Shown: positions 25,761-38,403 of the stretch, piece by piece | Position numbering within the stretch: position 1 is the first letter of the stretch | Layout: each line of letters opens with the position of its first letter | Origin: Vicugna vicugna | Lineage: Eukaryota | Reading direction: 5' to 3' | Length of the DNA stretch: 64,000 nt | Assembly (NCBI GenBank): GCA_013265495.1 | Contig: MU058444.1 | Coordinates: forward strand, 2,170,001 to 2,234,000 | Program-made: the position numbers and the translations under genes | Notes under the pieces: model-generated | Seen by the model: the letters and a program-made list of their open reading frames with translations, nothing else | Told to the model about the DNA's origin: nothing | Databases searched by the model: none

Positions 25761-27676
25761 AAGCAAGCATGTTGCTCCGTCTATTGGGCCAAAGTGCATG
25801 AAACTGACTAACCTCTAGGCTGATGAATCCATTGCAAGAGAAATAAAACTAGGGGAGAGGAGGGCTGTGGGGGACCGATCAGGGTCTTAGAGAGAAAGGG
25901 AGACCGGCGCTGACACTAGGGGCTTTCTTTGCAAGGTGAATGTTGGCTACTAGGCAGAGGTCCGCCCATGTGCCTTTTCTGTTTCCCCAGATGACTCTCT
26001 CTCCTCCTGCACCCCCAATCATGGGCCATCCCCAAACTGCTGTCCTTTGTCCTCTGCTCTTCTCCACATACGCTCCTCCCTGGGGTCCTCTGAAGATACC
26101 TTCTCTCTGAGGGATTCAGCCATCACTTGTATTCTGGTAACTTTCAGGTTTATCATCTGCATCCTCGACTTCCCAGCTCTGCTCAAGCAGCATCTCCAAC
26201 TGCTCAGCAGACAGAAGCCCTGGGTACCAACCCTTCTCCCCAAGCCAACAAACCCACGGAGAAGGTCATCAGTTTCCCCTTCACCATCACCGCCGTCTCC
26301 CTCAGGCGTCTGCGGGGCTCGTATCTCCAGGCTAACAGTTCAGACTCTCCTTAATCCCCCCCCTTCATCCTCCATGCCCTGCCCCAAAGCCCTTCCTTTC
26401 CTCCTTCAAAACACCACCCCTGGATTCAACTTTTCATCCCACCTGAGTGCTGGACTTCACCCCTCATTTAGAGGGCACCACCCCAGCCTCTCAGCTTCTC
26501 CCCCTGACTATGGACTGTTCACTTCGGTGGATTTCACTAGAGTCCACAGCCTGAGTTTCCTAAAACATGATGTTGCAGGCTCGGAGAGCTTCAGTGACCT
26601 GCTCCGCACTGTCACGGCCACAGGTGAACAAGCGATCCAACAGTGACGCGCAGCTCCGTCTCCCCACAGTGGTTCTCCCTCTGACGTTCAAAACCCAGAT
26701 CCCGCCTGTATCCTCGGCTGTCAGCTCCATTCCAACAGGCCTCTCGCCTCCCCAAGCGGGGCTCTTACAGTTTCAACCCTCCTAAAAGTTCTGGATGCCT
26801 GAGAAAGCGGCTGAGAAACTCCACGTGAAGTCTGCCCTGGGAACCGGTTCTACTTAGTCTGCAGCCAGTTCTGGTGACAAGGTCTGGGGTCTGGCTTGAT
26901 GCCCAAATCCCTGCCCTGGTCAGTGCTCAGGGCCCCAGGGCCCTTCAGGATGGGGGTCCTCCAGGAATGAGGACCCACTGGCCTTCGGGGTCCTCCTCCA
27001 GTTCCTGGTACCGGATCTCCAGACGTCAGAAGCCCGGCTGAGCTGACACTCACCTGTATTGGCTGCCCTGTCGCCTGGCCAGCTGACCCCTGGTTACCTG
27101 GTCTCCTGCTACCTCTGACTTCCAGGTCTGGGAAACTGCCAAGACGCTGCTTCCTGCAACTCTCCACACCTGTCAGATTTATCCTGTTCCCTAATGAGCC
27201 CCAGGTATATTATTTTCCACCATTCTCCTATAAACCCAGTATCCCAGTCAGATTCTTAAAAAATAAGAAGTAAGTCTTATTCCTTCCAAGAGCTGATTCA
27301 AAACACCAGCTCCTTTTGGAAGCTGGCAAGTTCTCTCTTCCTCCTTGCAGGCCCTCCTGCACAGCAGTCAATGAGTCAGACACACTGGGTACGTCCTACG
27401 GGCCAGGCCCTGTGCGCTGCACACACAATGTCCTGTGGTCAGGCAGGCGGTCAAGGAACTACAGCAAGTTCTAAAATTAGGACTCATCTTGAATCAAATG
27501 AAGATTTTTAATGCATCATTTTATAAAAACCAGAAATCAAAACTGGCCCTGGTTTATTAGATAATAATTCATTGCTAATAAATTTCCATTTTCTCTCCTT
27601 AAATCTAGCTTGAGAAAGTGCGCCTCTACACGAAACATGCATAGTTCTAAGTCAGGAAAGTGCTTTATGAGAACTC

Positions 27677-27693
27677 TACTGCCATCTAGTGTC
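27677..27693 (-). promoter_or_regulatory. Candidate CTCF site
   Basis: Minus strand GACACTAGATGGCAGTA versus consensus CCASYAGRKGGCR; motif only. Confidence 0.4.
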
Positions 27694-28083
27694 TGTCAAA
27701 ACTAGCAGAAAATGGATGACATAGTTGAGAAACTACAATGAAAACCATTCTAAATAAAAATTGAAATTTTTACGTACCTAAGTCAGGCGATACTGTCCAG
27801 TAAGCAAAAGAAAGGTGTCTTCGTGCAATAAAAAAAAAAACCTTTTGTCTTTCAACTTTGAGATAACAGGGACTGTCCTAAAAACATTTTAAGCTTTTGG
27901 GGTGCCAAGCTCACAAGCAGCGAGTCATTGAAACGAACAATACAAATACGTTGTTTAAGAAACAAAGCCTGAAATGTATTTTCTTCTGCTGGATGCAAAG
28001 TCATAATTCACCCTTCATACAAACCACTTTTCAACGAGCAACGAGAGGCTAAAAGAAATGACAATTCAGAAAAGTGGGCTTAC

Positions 28084-28176
28084 CTGAAAGTGCAAAATTA
28101 TTGTCCATATTAATCCCAAAGTCAATTTGGGATTTCCGTCTGTTATGTCATCATTTCTAATATTCACTAATTTCAC
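28084..28176 (-). CDS. DST: DST coding exon, end of CH1 ([31 protein letters not shown])
   Basis: 93 nt; acceptor acag|GTGAAA, donor CAG|gtaagc; hallmark CH1 motif [15 protein letters not shown]. Confidence 0.97.
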
Positions 28177-29863
28177 CTGTTTTGTATGTGAAGAAGAGAT
28201 AAAACAGACTGTTTTTAAAACCAGTACATGACCTATCTTCATCTACATAAAAATGATTCTAAATGACATAGTAAAAACCCAAATAATTTAAATTCAGGTA
28301 ATCCTTAAAATACTGTTTCACTCCCTTATCTTCACTCATTTTAGATTGTAAATTACAGAGCAACCACAAAGGAAAAATTGGTATTATTTTGGTCTGTCTT
28401 CTACAGCAAGTATTAAATGTACACTCACTTGTCAAAACAAAAATACCACTCAAGTGCGAAGTCCTAAATATTTAAGATTTTAAAATTACAAATAATTGTC
28501 TTTTGAAAATAATTTTTATTTTACAATTAAGTAGGAAACTATTCTGAATCATCAAATAATTTTAACTATTTTCTCACACTTCTGTCACAAAAAGTGTAAA
28601 AAAAAAAATCCTAGTATTATTATTCATTTTGCCTACCATCAATTGTTACCAAGATAAGCCCCTGGATTTTTGGAAGACTGTTCAAAGCTTTAAAAATAAT
28701 ATAACAATTGCACTTAAAGCTCATCAAATGTTAAATTATGCATTCAGGTACATAAATGTAATGATGATATTCACCATTTACTTTCTGGGAAATGAATTAA
28801 ATCCCATGAATTAAAGACAATGATACCCAACATTTTACTGCCTGGGCAAATCACTGCCAAAAATATTTCAACAAGGAGACATAATTAACCATTAATCCTT
28901 CTGGAAACTTGCACGAGAATCAACAAGAGTAAGGCAAATACCAGTAACATTTAAAATATAAGTGCTGCGTATTTGCTACAACGTAATAACTAAAAGCACT
29001 TTGCTGTTCACAAACAAGCACTAGTAACATTCTGTCTCATCCTCCTCCTCACCCTCCCTTCTTTCCTTCCTACTCCATTAAAAAGCAGAACTGTTACCAC
29101 CTCTGGTTTCTGTTTTCAGTAACTCTGAATTCTCCTGAACTTCTCTCCTTTTTTCTACTAACTGAAAATTACCAGTCATTTGGCTTGTACCACTATGAGC
29201 CACAGTGCTACCAAATCAAGGTCAGGCCTAATACCTTTCATTGTTCATTCAAGGTACAGTTCATTGTACATTGCAATGTATTCATTCTTCTCCGTGATTT
29301 CTTCTGAAACCTCAAGCCAGCTGGAGGCTGTTGTCAGAATGGCTCCAATTTTAACCACTTCTAAATTACAGTGGTAGCTACTTATACAAAATAAGTGAGT
29401 GCCTCCTCACTACTAAGTATTGAAAATACACACACAAAGTCTCCTTAAAAGCATGAAACTCTCTTTTATAAAAATAAGGTAATTCAATGAACTGCGTATA
29501 AAAAATACTGCCTCCCCACCACTAAGAACTGTTCATAGACATTCCTAACATTCCGGTGCTACTAAAATGCCATTAACGTCCTAGGCAAACAGCATTCCAA
29601 TTCCACAGACAGAAAATCAGCAGCCCTTATTCAGACGGAAATGGGGCCACTTATAATTCCTCTGGGTTGACACTTGCTATTAACTTCCTCTTCTTTGGAA
29701 CAAGTGTTTAAAAAACATTTAAAAATCTCTGTCTCACAAAAGCACAGGCTTAAGGATTATAATTCACAATCTGGTTTAACCTTTTCATTCCCTGGCACAG
29801 TTCTGTGCAGACTTATTCAGTCACGTGTGTTTATTTGATTATAATCTTTGAAAAACGTCATAC

Positions 29864-29941
29864 CTGGCGTCGTTTCAAATAGTCAAGTGCAATTTGTACA
29901 TTCTGTAGTCTGTGAAAGCGCATCCGACCTTTCTCTCTGGG
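29864..29941 (-). CDS. DST: DST coding exon, CH1 (PREKGRMRFHRLQNVQIALDYLKRRQ)
   Basis: 78 nt; acceptor ttcttag|CCCAGA, donor CAG|gtatga. Confidence 0.97.
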
Positions 29942-31646
29942 CTAAGAATAGAAAAATGCAGAGTATAAAACACACCATAGTTTCTGATGCCACTGACCAT
30001 GCTACATGCTATGCATACTTATGCTGTGTATACGTTATATATTATATATAACACAGTATATCACTATATAGATAGACTGTTTGCCCATCTTAATATGCCA
30101 AAAGAGCATTTACTCTGTTTAGATAAATCCACTAAATTTTTTAGAGATATTTAAAAATTTTTTTGTATTATCAGAAATTGAACCTAAACTGGGGACATTT
30201 CTGAATAGGTTATATTTAAACAGATGCTAATTTATTCCAAATGTTTTATTTAAATACAGGGAGAAGAGAAAATACCATATTACATACAGACTTTCTATAT
30301 TCACTATACTATGTTTCTAGCCTGCAGTTATTTAGCTATGGAGACACAAAAAGGATTAAATACCATCCCCCATTCTGCCTTCTCAACAAACCAACTATTA
30401 TCGAGACGGTGTTTTGTAATTATATATGTATGGCATGTTAATGAAAATGAAATAAAGTAGCATGCAGTTAGTATAAAAATCACCAAGAAGGAGAAAGACA
30501 GTGGAGTTTTATACTTAGCCATGACAGAGGAAGAGAGAAAAGCAATTAAAGCCATATAATATATTTCCTCTTTATTTCATTTTAGCTTTTTCTACAAAAT
30601 CAGGGGGACTCTACTGGTTTGACCCTGCTTGGGGATGGGCATGGTTATCTGTGGTCTCAGGAAAACTGACAAACCATCATTCTTTCCCTCGGTGCTGTTT
30701 CCCTTAAGAAATGTTACACATTAGTGAAAGGAAAACAGAAGGAAACAGAGCTGAGAAGATGTTTAACAAAAATACAAAGAATGGAGCTGAAATTTACCAC
30801 ATAAGATCTTCCAAAGGGGGGTGGGGGGAGAAAAAAGAAAACTGACAGCTTAGCTACTCAAACATGAATCGTCTGCTGAAGCCAAAGGCAGCCCTCATAA
30901 AACAGACGGCAGGAAAAGAATGGGAAAACAAGTTCCGCATAACAGAAGAAACAATGGCGATGAATTTCCCCACTGCGTCCATAAAAGCTCAAATTCCAGT
31001 GGAATCCGGGCACTGGGGACGTAATGACAAAAGCAGTACACCTGTCTCGCGAAGATTGGTTGTGTCAGCCGAATGTCACGTGGATTAAACAGCTCTGGGA
31101 GTTCTGGGGAGGGGGCGCTAGCATTTAAAATCTCTCCCCCACCCCCAGCAAAAAAATAAAACGATGCATACAAGATAGGTAAAGGATGTCCATCCACTAC
31201 CTGCTGCCAATAGGTAGGATTTAAAACATAATCTTAAATGTTAAATAAATGCCCATAAGTTCCTTCCAATAAAGCAAGAGATATGTTTGATGTCTCAATT
31301 CCAGCAGTGGAACAGACCGGCGTAAAAATCAGCCGGCTGATTGTAACAGTTCCATCCTCTAGAAAATGTTCGTAAAATTGCTTAGCTAAAAACTATATAT
31401 AATTCAAGCACATATGTTCAAATATCATGCAGTGCCCAGGTAATCTATAAAAATCAACTTTAAAGAGAAAATATTTCCTTGGTCCAATTTCTTGGCACAC
31501 ACGCAAACACATCCACATCACTGTGGGTTTGGGTCCTTTCTATAGTTTTTCACAAAGGAGCCGGAACCCGTGGGTTAATCTCCATCGCGTTAGCGCTCAC
31601 CGCACAGTAACCGCTAGGTTAGTCGAGTTACGGGGGCGACACCTAC

Positions 31647-31745
31647 CCCCTTATCCTCATCCTCCACATCCTCATGCTGCTCATATTCGCATGCTTCTGT
31701 GGCACTCACCAATCGTAAGGTCTTCAAAAAATCTCGCTCCCTTGG
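31647..31745 (-). CDS. DST: DST alternative cassette exon with two donors: 36 nt (31710-31745, PRERDFLKTLRL) or 99 nt (PRERDFLKTLRLVSATEACEYEQHEDVEDEDKG)
   Basis: Long pyrimidine tract then cattag|CCAAGG; donors TTG|gtgagt (after 31710) and GGG|gtaggt (after 31647); both lengths are multiples of 3, phase 0, without stops. Positionally equivalent to plectin exon 3-alpha. Confidence 0.85.
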
Positions 31746-32291
31746 CTAATGAATATAACAGACAGAAGATAGGACAGCAGAGACACAAGACAGACCACAA
31801 ATGAAAAGGAGAGCATGAACAGAACGTAATGAAGGGCAGGTAACCGAGAAGGGGGGTCATGTTCACAGCAGAACGAGATGGCACCTGTGGAGGGGGTTAG
31901 ACCGTGTTCTCAGAAAGCCGTGTTTGTTTCCATTTGTGAGTCTTTTAATAGGTGGTTATAGTATGCATCCAACTTCTGCTAAGCCAAAACCAAAACAAAA
32001 CCAAACCAAAAATCCAAAGTTAAAAAATGAAATCAGAACAAAAGGAGTATTTCAATTACAGAACTGATTATATAAGCCAGGTAAGCAAAGTGTCTCAATC
32101 TCCCAAATTCACGTCATCTGATGTCTGGAGCGGCTTAGGGATCTAAACCAGAACTCTTTTCACAGGCAGAACTCACAGCTCAAAAGACAAATGCTGCAAA
32201 AATCTGAACAGTCTGTGCTGAAAACCCACTAGTCGGAGGGCAAAGAGGATGACATGTTCTTCAAGATAAACTAAGAACTTTTAAAACTTAC

Positions 32292-32381
32292 CAAGGTGTC
32301 TCCTGAAAGAACCTCTAAAAGAGAGATCAAATTGTGTCCGTCCCTTAAGTCTTCGTAGAGGTCGTTCACGTGTTTTCGAAC
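32292..32381 (-). CDS. DST: DST coding exon, CH1 ([30 protein letters not shown])
   Basis: 90 nt; acceptor ctctgtag|GTTCGA, donor TTG|gtaagt. Confidence 0.97.
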
Positions 32382-32514
32382 CTACAGAGAGAAAAGCAAT
32401 TTAAAACGTTTGGTCCTAGACCCCCAGGATCATTCTTAACACTCAAACAAGAAAGAGGACGAGGAGAAAACATTCTTTGTGGGATCATTCACCCAGTGAT
32501 TTTAAAAACACTTT

Positions 32515-32775
32515 CAGGATAAACTGGGAGTTCGAGATTTGCAAATATTTACTTTATATAAAATAGAGAAAAAAGCAAAATTCTTCTGTACAGCACAGAG
32601 AACTATATTCAATATCTTATAGTAACCTAGAATGAAAAAGAATATGAAAAGGAATCTATATATATACATGCATGACTGAGACATGATGCTGTACACCAGA
32701 AATTGACACATTGTAACTGACTATATACTTCAGTTTTTCTAAAACGTCCAAAAAAAACACAAAAAACAAAAAAGC
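32515..32775 (+). mobile_element. L1 3' end fragment about 130 bp from the VRKHV acceptor
   Basis: ggataaactgggagttcgagatttgcaaat...ctgtacaccagaaattgacacattgtaactgac. Confidence 0.85.
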
Positions 32776-34094
32776 TTGTACAGGATTTACATACAGAAAC
32801 CTACACAACACAGATGAAAAAAAGAGAAAAGATTTAAAGAAAAAAAAATATTTTATTCTCCTACTACTTAAAAAATAAAAATTAAAAACTAAATAAAGTC
32901 AATATCAGAGGAGTCATACATAAAGACAAGTAGAATTATTACTTTTTTTTAACACATTAGAATAAATAAAAGCCTGGACAATGACCTGGAGTTACGATTT
33001 TTAAAACATAAGCAATGCCTTGGCCTTAATCATGATTCCTTAGACAGTAACCAGCGCCACTGAGCAAGAGGGGTGAGTTTTTACCCCCACGCCCTGCTGG
33101 TCTTCCTTCTCTCTGGGCCCCAAGATCCAGGATGCCACAGGTACACACTCCACACCTTAAAAATCCACAGATGCAAGCTGGGCAAATGGTACATGACTTC
33201 ATACACTATTTTTTAAAAATTCTGTTGCATCTATGATTATTTCAAAATTAAGATTTTTTTTTTTACGTTCATGTATGTGAGGTTGTAAGAACTCTGTCTA
33301 AAGTTCCTCTGCACAACATAAATGTTCTGTGTTGGAGGGTTTTCACAACCACGTTGACAACAGCACAAAGTTAACACTCAACCTGTAATAACAGCCCCTC
33401 CCTCCGTTCCACAGGCCTGGTTTAACCTTGCGAGTTTAGAGCTCCAATCACCAAAGATTTCCCCAAAGCTCCGCTCCGCCTGCCACACGGGGACACCTCC
33501 TGCGAACACTCAGCCCACCGTGAGGGTTCTGCCAGGCAGACAGCTGTCGGAGCAGCCTGGCAGGACGGCCTTCCCCCCATGGGCTGGCCCGTTTCCACCT
33601 TCTCCCCTTGGAGTGATTCTGGGCTGCATTACTCTGTGCTGCTCTCAGAAGTCGTCTAGAAAGAGCAGAGACCAGAATCCCACCTGCATCACACGGGCAC
33701 AGCCCCGAAAGGAAACAGGACCCTGTCGGCGTCCCCCTCCACCCAACCTATGCCTCTTGGTTATAGAAAAGCTGACGTCTCCAGGCCGCCTTGAGTCACA
33801 GAAGAGCAGGCTCAAGCCGTTGACGAGGACAAGCCTGCAGGCCCTGGGGGATGGCGACAACTCTGACCTCCTACTCAACGATGAGCTGAGACCACTCCTC
33901 CGTTTCTCTTTAGAACCTTCACAGCTGAACAGAATCTTTGGAGATTTATTTTTTCTTTGTTTTGAGGGGGATGCTGGGTCCACCAGATTGTAGGCATTCT
34001 GATTAAAAATAACTTTTTTTTTATTACCAAGGCTGTTGCCCCCAGGATCATCCCCCAGCCCCTCCCTCGACTAGAAACCAATTACTCTTATCTA

Positions 34095-34584
34095 AGTCTC
34101 AGGAGACAGCTGCTGAGAAGAAGCCAGAGCTGGTTAGAACGGAGGCCAAGATGGCAGAGGATCTGCCGTCCAGGGGACCTTCAGCCTCATTATACGCTCC
34201 CTGTAACGTATCAGCTGCTGAACGACACGCCCACCAGCACCATGACAGGTGACGGTTGCCGTGACAACAGCCGGAAAAGCCCACGCAAGGAGTGACTGGC
34301 TCCGTCACACACCAGGAGCAGGAACCTGAAGGTGCAAGCCTCCCATAGAAGCCCACGCGGCCCGACCTGGGCCGGAGCCGCCCCTGCTGCGCATCTGGGC
34401 GGACGGCTCCCCGCTGGAGCGCCCCTTCCTCCCTCCAGCGCTTTCCGTCCATTTCCGCGTCTGAGCAACACGCAGCTGTTCACTTCGCCCCTCTGCCTCT
34501 GCTGCGTGCAGTCTTTCACGGCAGGCAGCAAGGACCCACACTTCGGTGGGCTTCCTAATTTAGGGGTCCCTCCCTCCGCTAACA
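34095..34584 (+). mobile_element. MER41-like ERV1 solo LTR (5' boundary uncertain)
   Basis: aagaagcc...ccaagatggc...ctcattatacgct...gacacgcccaccagcaccatgacag...ttgccgtgacaac and terminal ...ccgctaaca follow the recalled MER41 motif order. Confidence 0.65.
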
Positions 34585-35619
34585 GCCCTAGCTGCTTCCT
34601 GTCTGCACGGCACACTCGGAAGGTTTATACGTATGAGTCAAACTTCCCTGCCCTTGCAAAATGTCAAGTAAATAGACAGCACGAAGTCAGGGTCCAAAAT
34701 ATGATCAAAACGCTCTGACTACAAAAGAACCAGCAGGAAAGGGCCTAATAAAAACTGAAAGCAAGTCTTTGATGGTTAAGTCTTCCAATTCTAAAAATAC
34801 CACTAAACTTTATCATTTTAACTGACTATATTTTCTGCTATCTTTTATGGTCAGGAAATACTTTTTGATTAGTGAAGAAAAAATTCCCTTAAGTGTTTCA
34901 TATCAAATTCACCAGCTCTTATTACCCTGTGTTTTGGAATAAGTCACAGAACTTTTTAATATTCAATGAATTTAATGTTTAATTATCCATCTACACATCA
35001 TTAACTATAAATAACACAAGTATTAAACTCAGGCTCAAGACCTCTAAGTAACAGCTAGTGTCAACAGTACCTATAAAATGGCCAGCAAAACAAACTGAGT
35101 CAAATTACTTTTAACCAAGTGTCCCCATCTTCACAAATGACATTTTTATTTTGATTTCCTAATTCCCAAGGAAGATCAGCTGATTCTTCAGTGTCATAAG
35201 ATAAATATGTAAGTAAGTAGAAAGCTTAAAAAATACTTCATTTTTCTAAAAAAAAACCATATCATAACACATTTTAAATAATACTGATTTTGAAAATCCA
35301 TAAATATCCAAATAAGTTACAAAGAGATTATTCCTCCCATTAAATATTTACTTTCTACTCAGTAAATACCATTAAATGATAATCCCCTCAAGTATTCAAT
35401 TATATTTCAGAGATGAATCAATTTCCAAGGATGTTTTCAGAAACATGTTTATGATATATATTCATGACACACATGCATGCAGATAATCAACTTAATGAAA
35501 TGACTGCTAATACTTAATTTTCTATGTACATATAGACACTGTAAGAATTCATTTAGTCTCATCCCAAGCCATGAGCTTGAATTTATAAGGCCAAGGGCTA
35601 CTTAAAAACAAGGCAGAAG

Positions 35620-36222
35620 AGTGTCCACCCATGGACGAATGGATAAAGATGTGGTGTGCACATATATAATGGAATATTACTTGGCCGTTAAAAATGAAAT
35701 CTTGCCATTTGCAACAACATGGACCTTGAGGGAATTATTCTAAGTGAAAAGAGTCAGAGAAGAATAAATACCATAGGATTTCACTCATCAGTGGAATCTA
35801 AAAAACAACAAATGAGCAAACAAAACAACATAGATACTGAGAACAGAATGGTGGTTGCCAGAGGGGAAGGGAGGTGGGGAGTGGGTGGAACAGGTGAAAG
35901 GGATCAAAAGGTATAAACTTTCAGTTATAAAATATAAATCATGGGAATATAATGTATAGCATGGTGACTATAGTCAGTAACACTGTAGCACATACTCAGG
36001 AACGTAATGTACAGCATGGTCAATGTTGCAGTCAACAACATTGTAGCATGTACTCGAAAGATGCCAAGATAATAAATCCTGAAAGTTAGCTCTGTCTGGT
36101 GATGGGTGGTAACTAGACTTTTTGTGCTGATCATCTTGAATGTATGCAAATACCAAATCATCATGTTCAACAACAGAAACCAATATAACATTATCTGTCA
36201 ATTATACCTTGACTAAAAAAAC
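35620..36222 (+). mobile_element. Older L1 3' portion
   Basis: gccatttgcaacaacatggaccttgagggaattattctaagtgaaa...caattatacctt; contains an internal diverged repeat of about 56 bp at about 35951-36060. Confidence 0.8.
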
Positions 36223-38164
36223 AAGGCTAGAGAGCTGAGCTCGTGAACTTCACACACATCAGTGCATCTAAATCTCTGTCCTCCTCTGTGTCTCCAGTGT
36301 GCCCAGAAAGCAGACTCACTCTAAGAGCCTAAACATGGCCACGAGAGATCACACTGGTAGAAACGTATTATGCAGCTCCCAACCCTCAGCCAGCGGCTTC
36401 ATCTCTCAAAACAGACGACTTCATTGTACAGATCGGACATCCTCCGCATGCAAGGAGGGACAGTGGAACATGGCACACGATCGGGACTCCTGCCAGAGTC
36501 ACATTTCAATCCAGATCCACTTCCTTTGTCTTTCTCACTCCAGGATGGTTCATGATGATGGGGTGTGAATCTGAACACTTATTTCACAGGAAAGCAATTT
36601 CACGACTCGCTTTGCCAGACTGAACCAAACCATCTGAATCAGGGAAACTTTTCGCAACAAAGTGTCCTCCTCCACCATCATATGTACGCAACAATAAAGA
36701 TCAAATTTGGCATGTTTACAGAAGAAGATGATTATGCTAAGCAAAACCAAGTTATAAGGAAAAGAGAAAACATGTTTTGGGGGGAAAAGAATTAGGAGTT
36801 TAGCCTTGCTTCTGTTCCAGTCCCGTGAACTGACACGAGCTGCCCAAACTCTCTGAGCCTCAACTGTCTGCAAAATAAATTTTGAAAATCTGCAAAATAG
36901 AAGTTTGAGAACTGAAGGTCTCTAGTTCAAACTACAGAACAAAACATCTAGGATCTAAAAATAAAATTGTCATTGTTTAAAAAAATCAATGTGTCAACTT
37001 TCAAGAAAATATGTAAAAAGGAAAAGCTGCTCTTAAGCTTTGTGGCTTGATTTCTTAAGAATTTTAGGGGAAAAAAGTACAGAAATAGACTAATTTAACT
37101 TCTGTACTGCTTAAAAAAGCTGGAGTCATTGGTTATCATGTAATGTGGATTATTTTTTCCTGTCTTAAGTGACTATTCCAAGGGTCCAGAGAAATACCAT
37201 ATACAAAAAAATGCTACACAAATGTAAGATATCATTATTACCATCTCTACCATCCTACATAAAACAAACATCTCCATTACTAACAATAATAAACAGAAAT
37301 ACATCCAAAAGGGATTATTTCTAGGTACCTGACCCCTATCAGTGTTTTATCAATACTGACTTATCTTCCTCACCAAAAAAGAATGGGCTAAAAGAGAATG
37401 TTAATTAAAAATTTAAAAAATCAACATTATGGGGAAGGAGTGGTAATGAATGGGTGAGCCGGGTGCAAACAACTGGGGTTCATGAGAAATAGCTGATCAT
37501 GTGATCAATCTGGGGTGCAAAAAGGGAGGAATTAAACAGTTAAGCTGACACAGAAAAGCCTTTTATTTGGTCCAAAGTCTGAGTCATAGACACTTGGCCT
37601 CCACAGATGACTACACGAACTACAGCCAACAGTCTGACTCTTCCGTATTCACTTTTTAATAAAACATTCTTTCTTCTCATTTTGGGTATGTGCTCTCCCT
37701 GTGGGGCAAAAAAGCTGTCTGAATAAATAGTGCCAGAGGGCGTGAGAAGCCAAGTGGAAGCACTCTGAGAGACTCTGGGATTAAATTATATAACTTGAAT
37801 TACATAACAAGGACGAAGCATCATTTTCTGTACCTCATACAATGCTCCCAGAATTTTCCAGGGCTTTTTAGAAGTGTGGACTGCGCTGTACCGGCAGTTC
37901 ACCCCTAGAGGGCACCGATCTTTTGCTGAAGAAGGGTCTCCTAAGGAAAGGAAAGGAAGTACATGGGGGCGGGCGCTGGGGAGGCAGATTCTAAAGAAGC
38001 CCCTGGTGATGATGACACAGGCGATTTTTCCAGTTTTATTTGTGACAGAGAATAGAGCAGATTATGCCAAGTCTGTACTCTCTAAATGGCTTAACTGTTC
38101 AAAATACTACCCTAAAATTTTTATTCTGTGTTAACTTGTAACTGTTTGATCTTACATGGGTTAA

Positions 38165-38403
38165 ATCAAATCCAACTTGGAAGATAAGGTCAACTAAATG
38201 ACACAACAGAACAGTTGGACTTAATTGATATTTTTAGGATATTAGATCCCAAAGAAGCAGAATGCACATTCAAGTGCACGTGGAACATTCTCTAAGGGCA
38301 AGACCACGTACTCGGACACAAAAGAAGCCTCCACAAATTTAAGAGGATAGAAAGGATTTCAAGCATCTTTCCTGGCCACAATGGCATGAAACTAGAAATC
38401 AAC
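38165..38403 (+). mobile_element. L1 ORF2 endonuclease-region fragment
   Basis: gcagaatgcacattcaagtgcacgtggaacattctct...ccacaatggcatgaaactagaaatcaac. Confidence 0.75.

Noticed and set aside
31042..31103. Possible exon (ccccag/cccag acceptors, CAG|gtgtac donor) in the microexon-rich intron
   Set aside because: 53 or 62 nt, with a stop in the phase-0 frame and a weak donor; could only be a poison exon, and nothing further supports it.
33520..34718. Cluster of 100-157 aa ORFs on both strands
   Set aside because: GC-rich sequence overlapping an LTR; no homology recognised.
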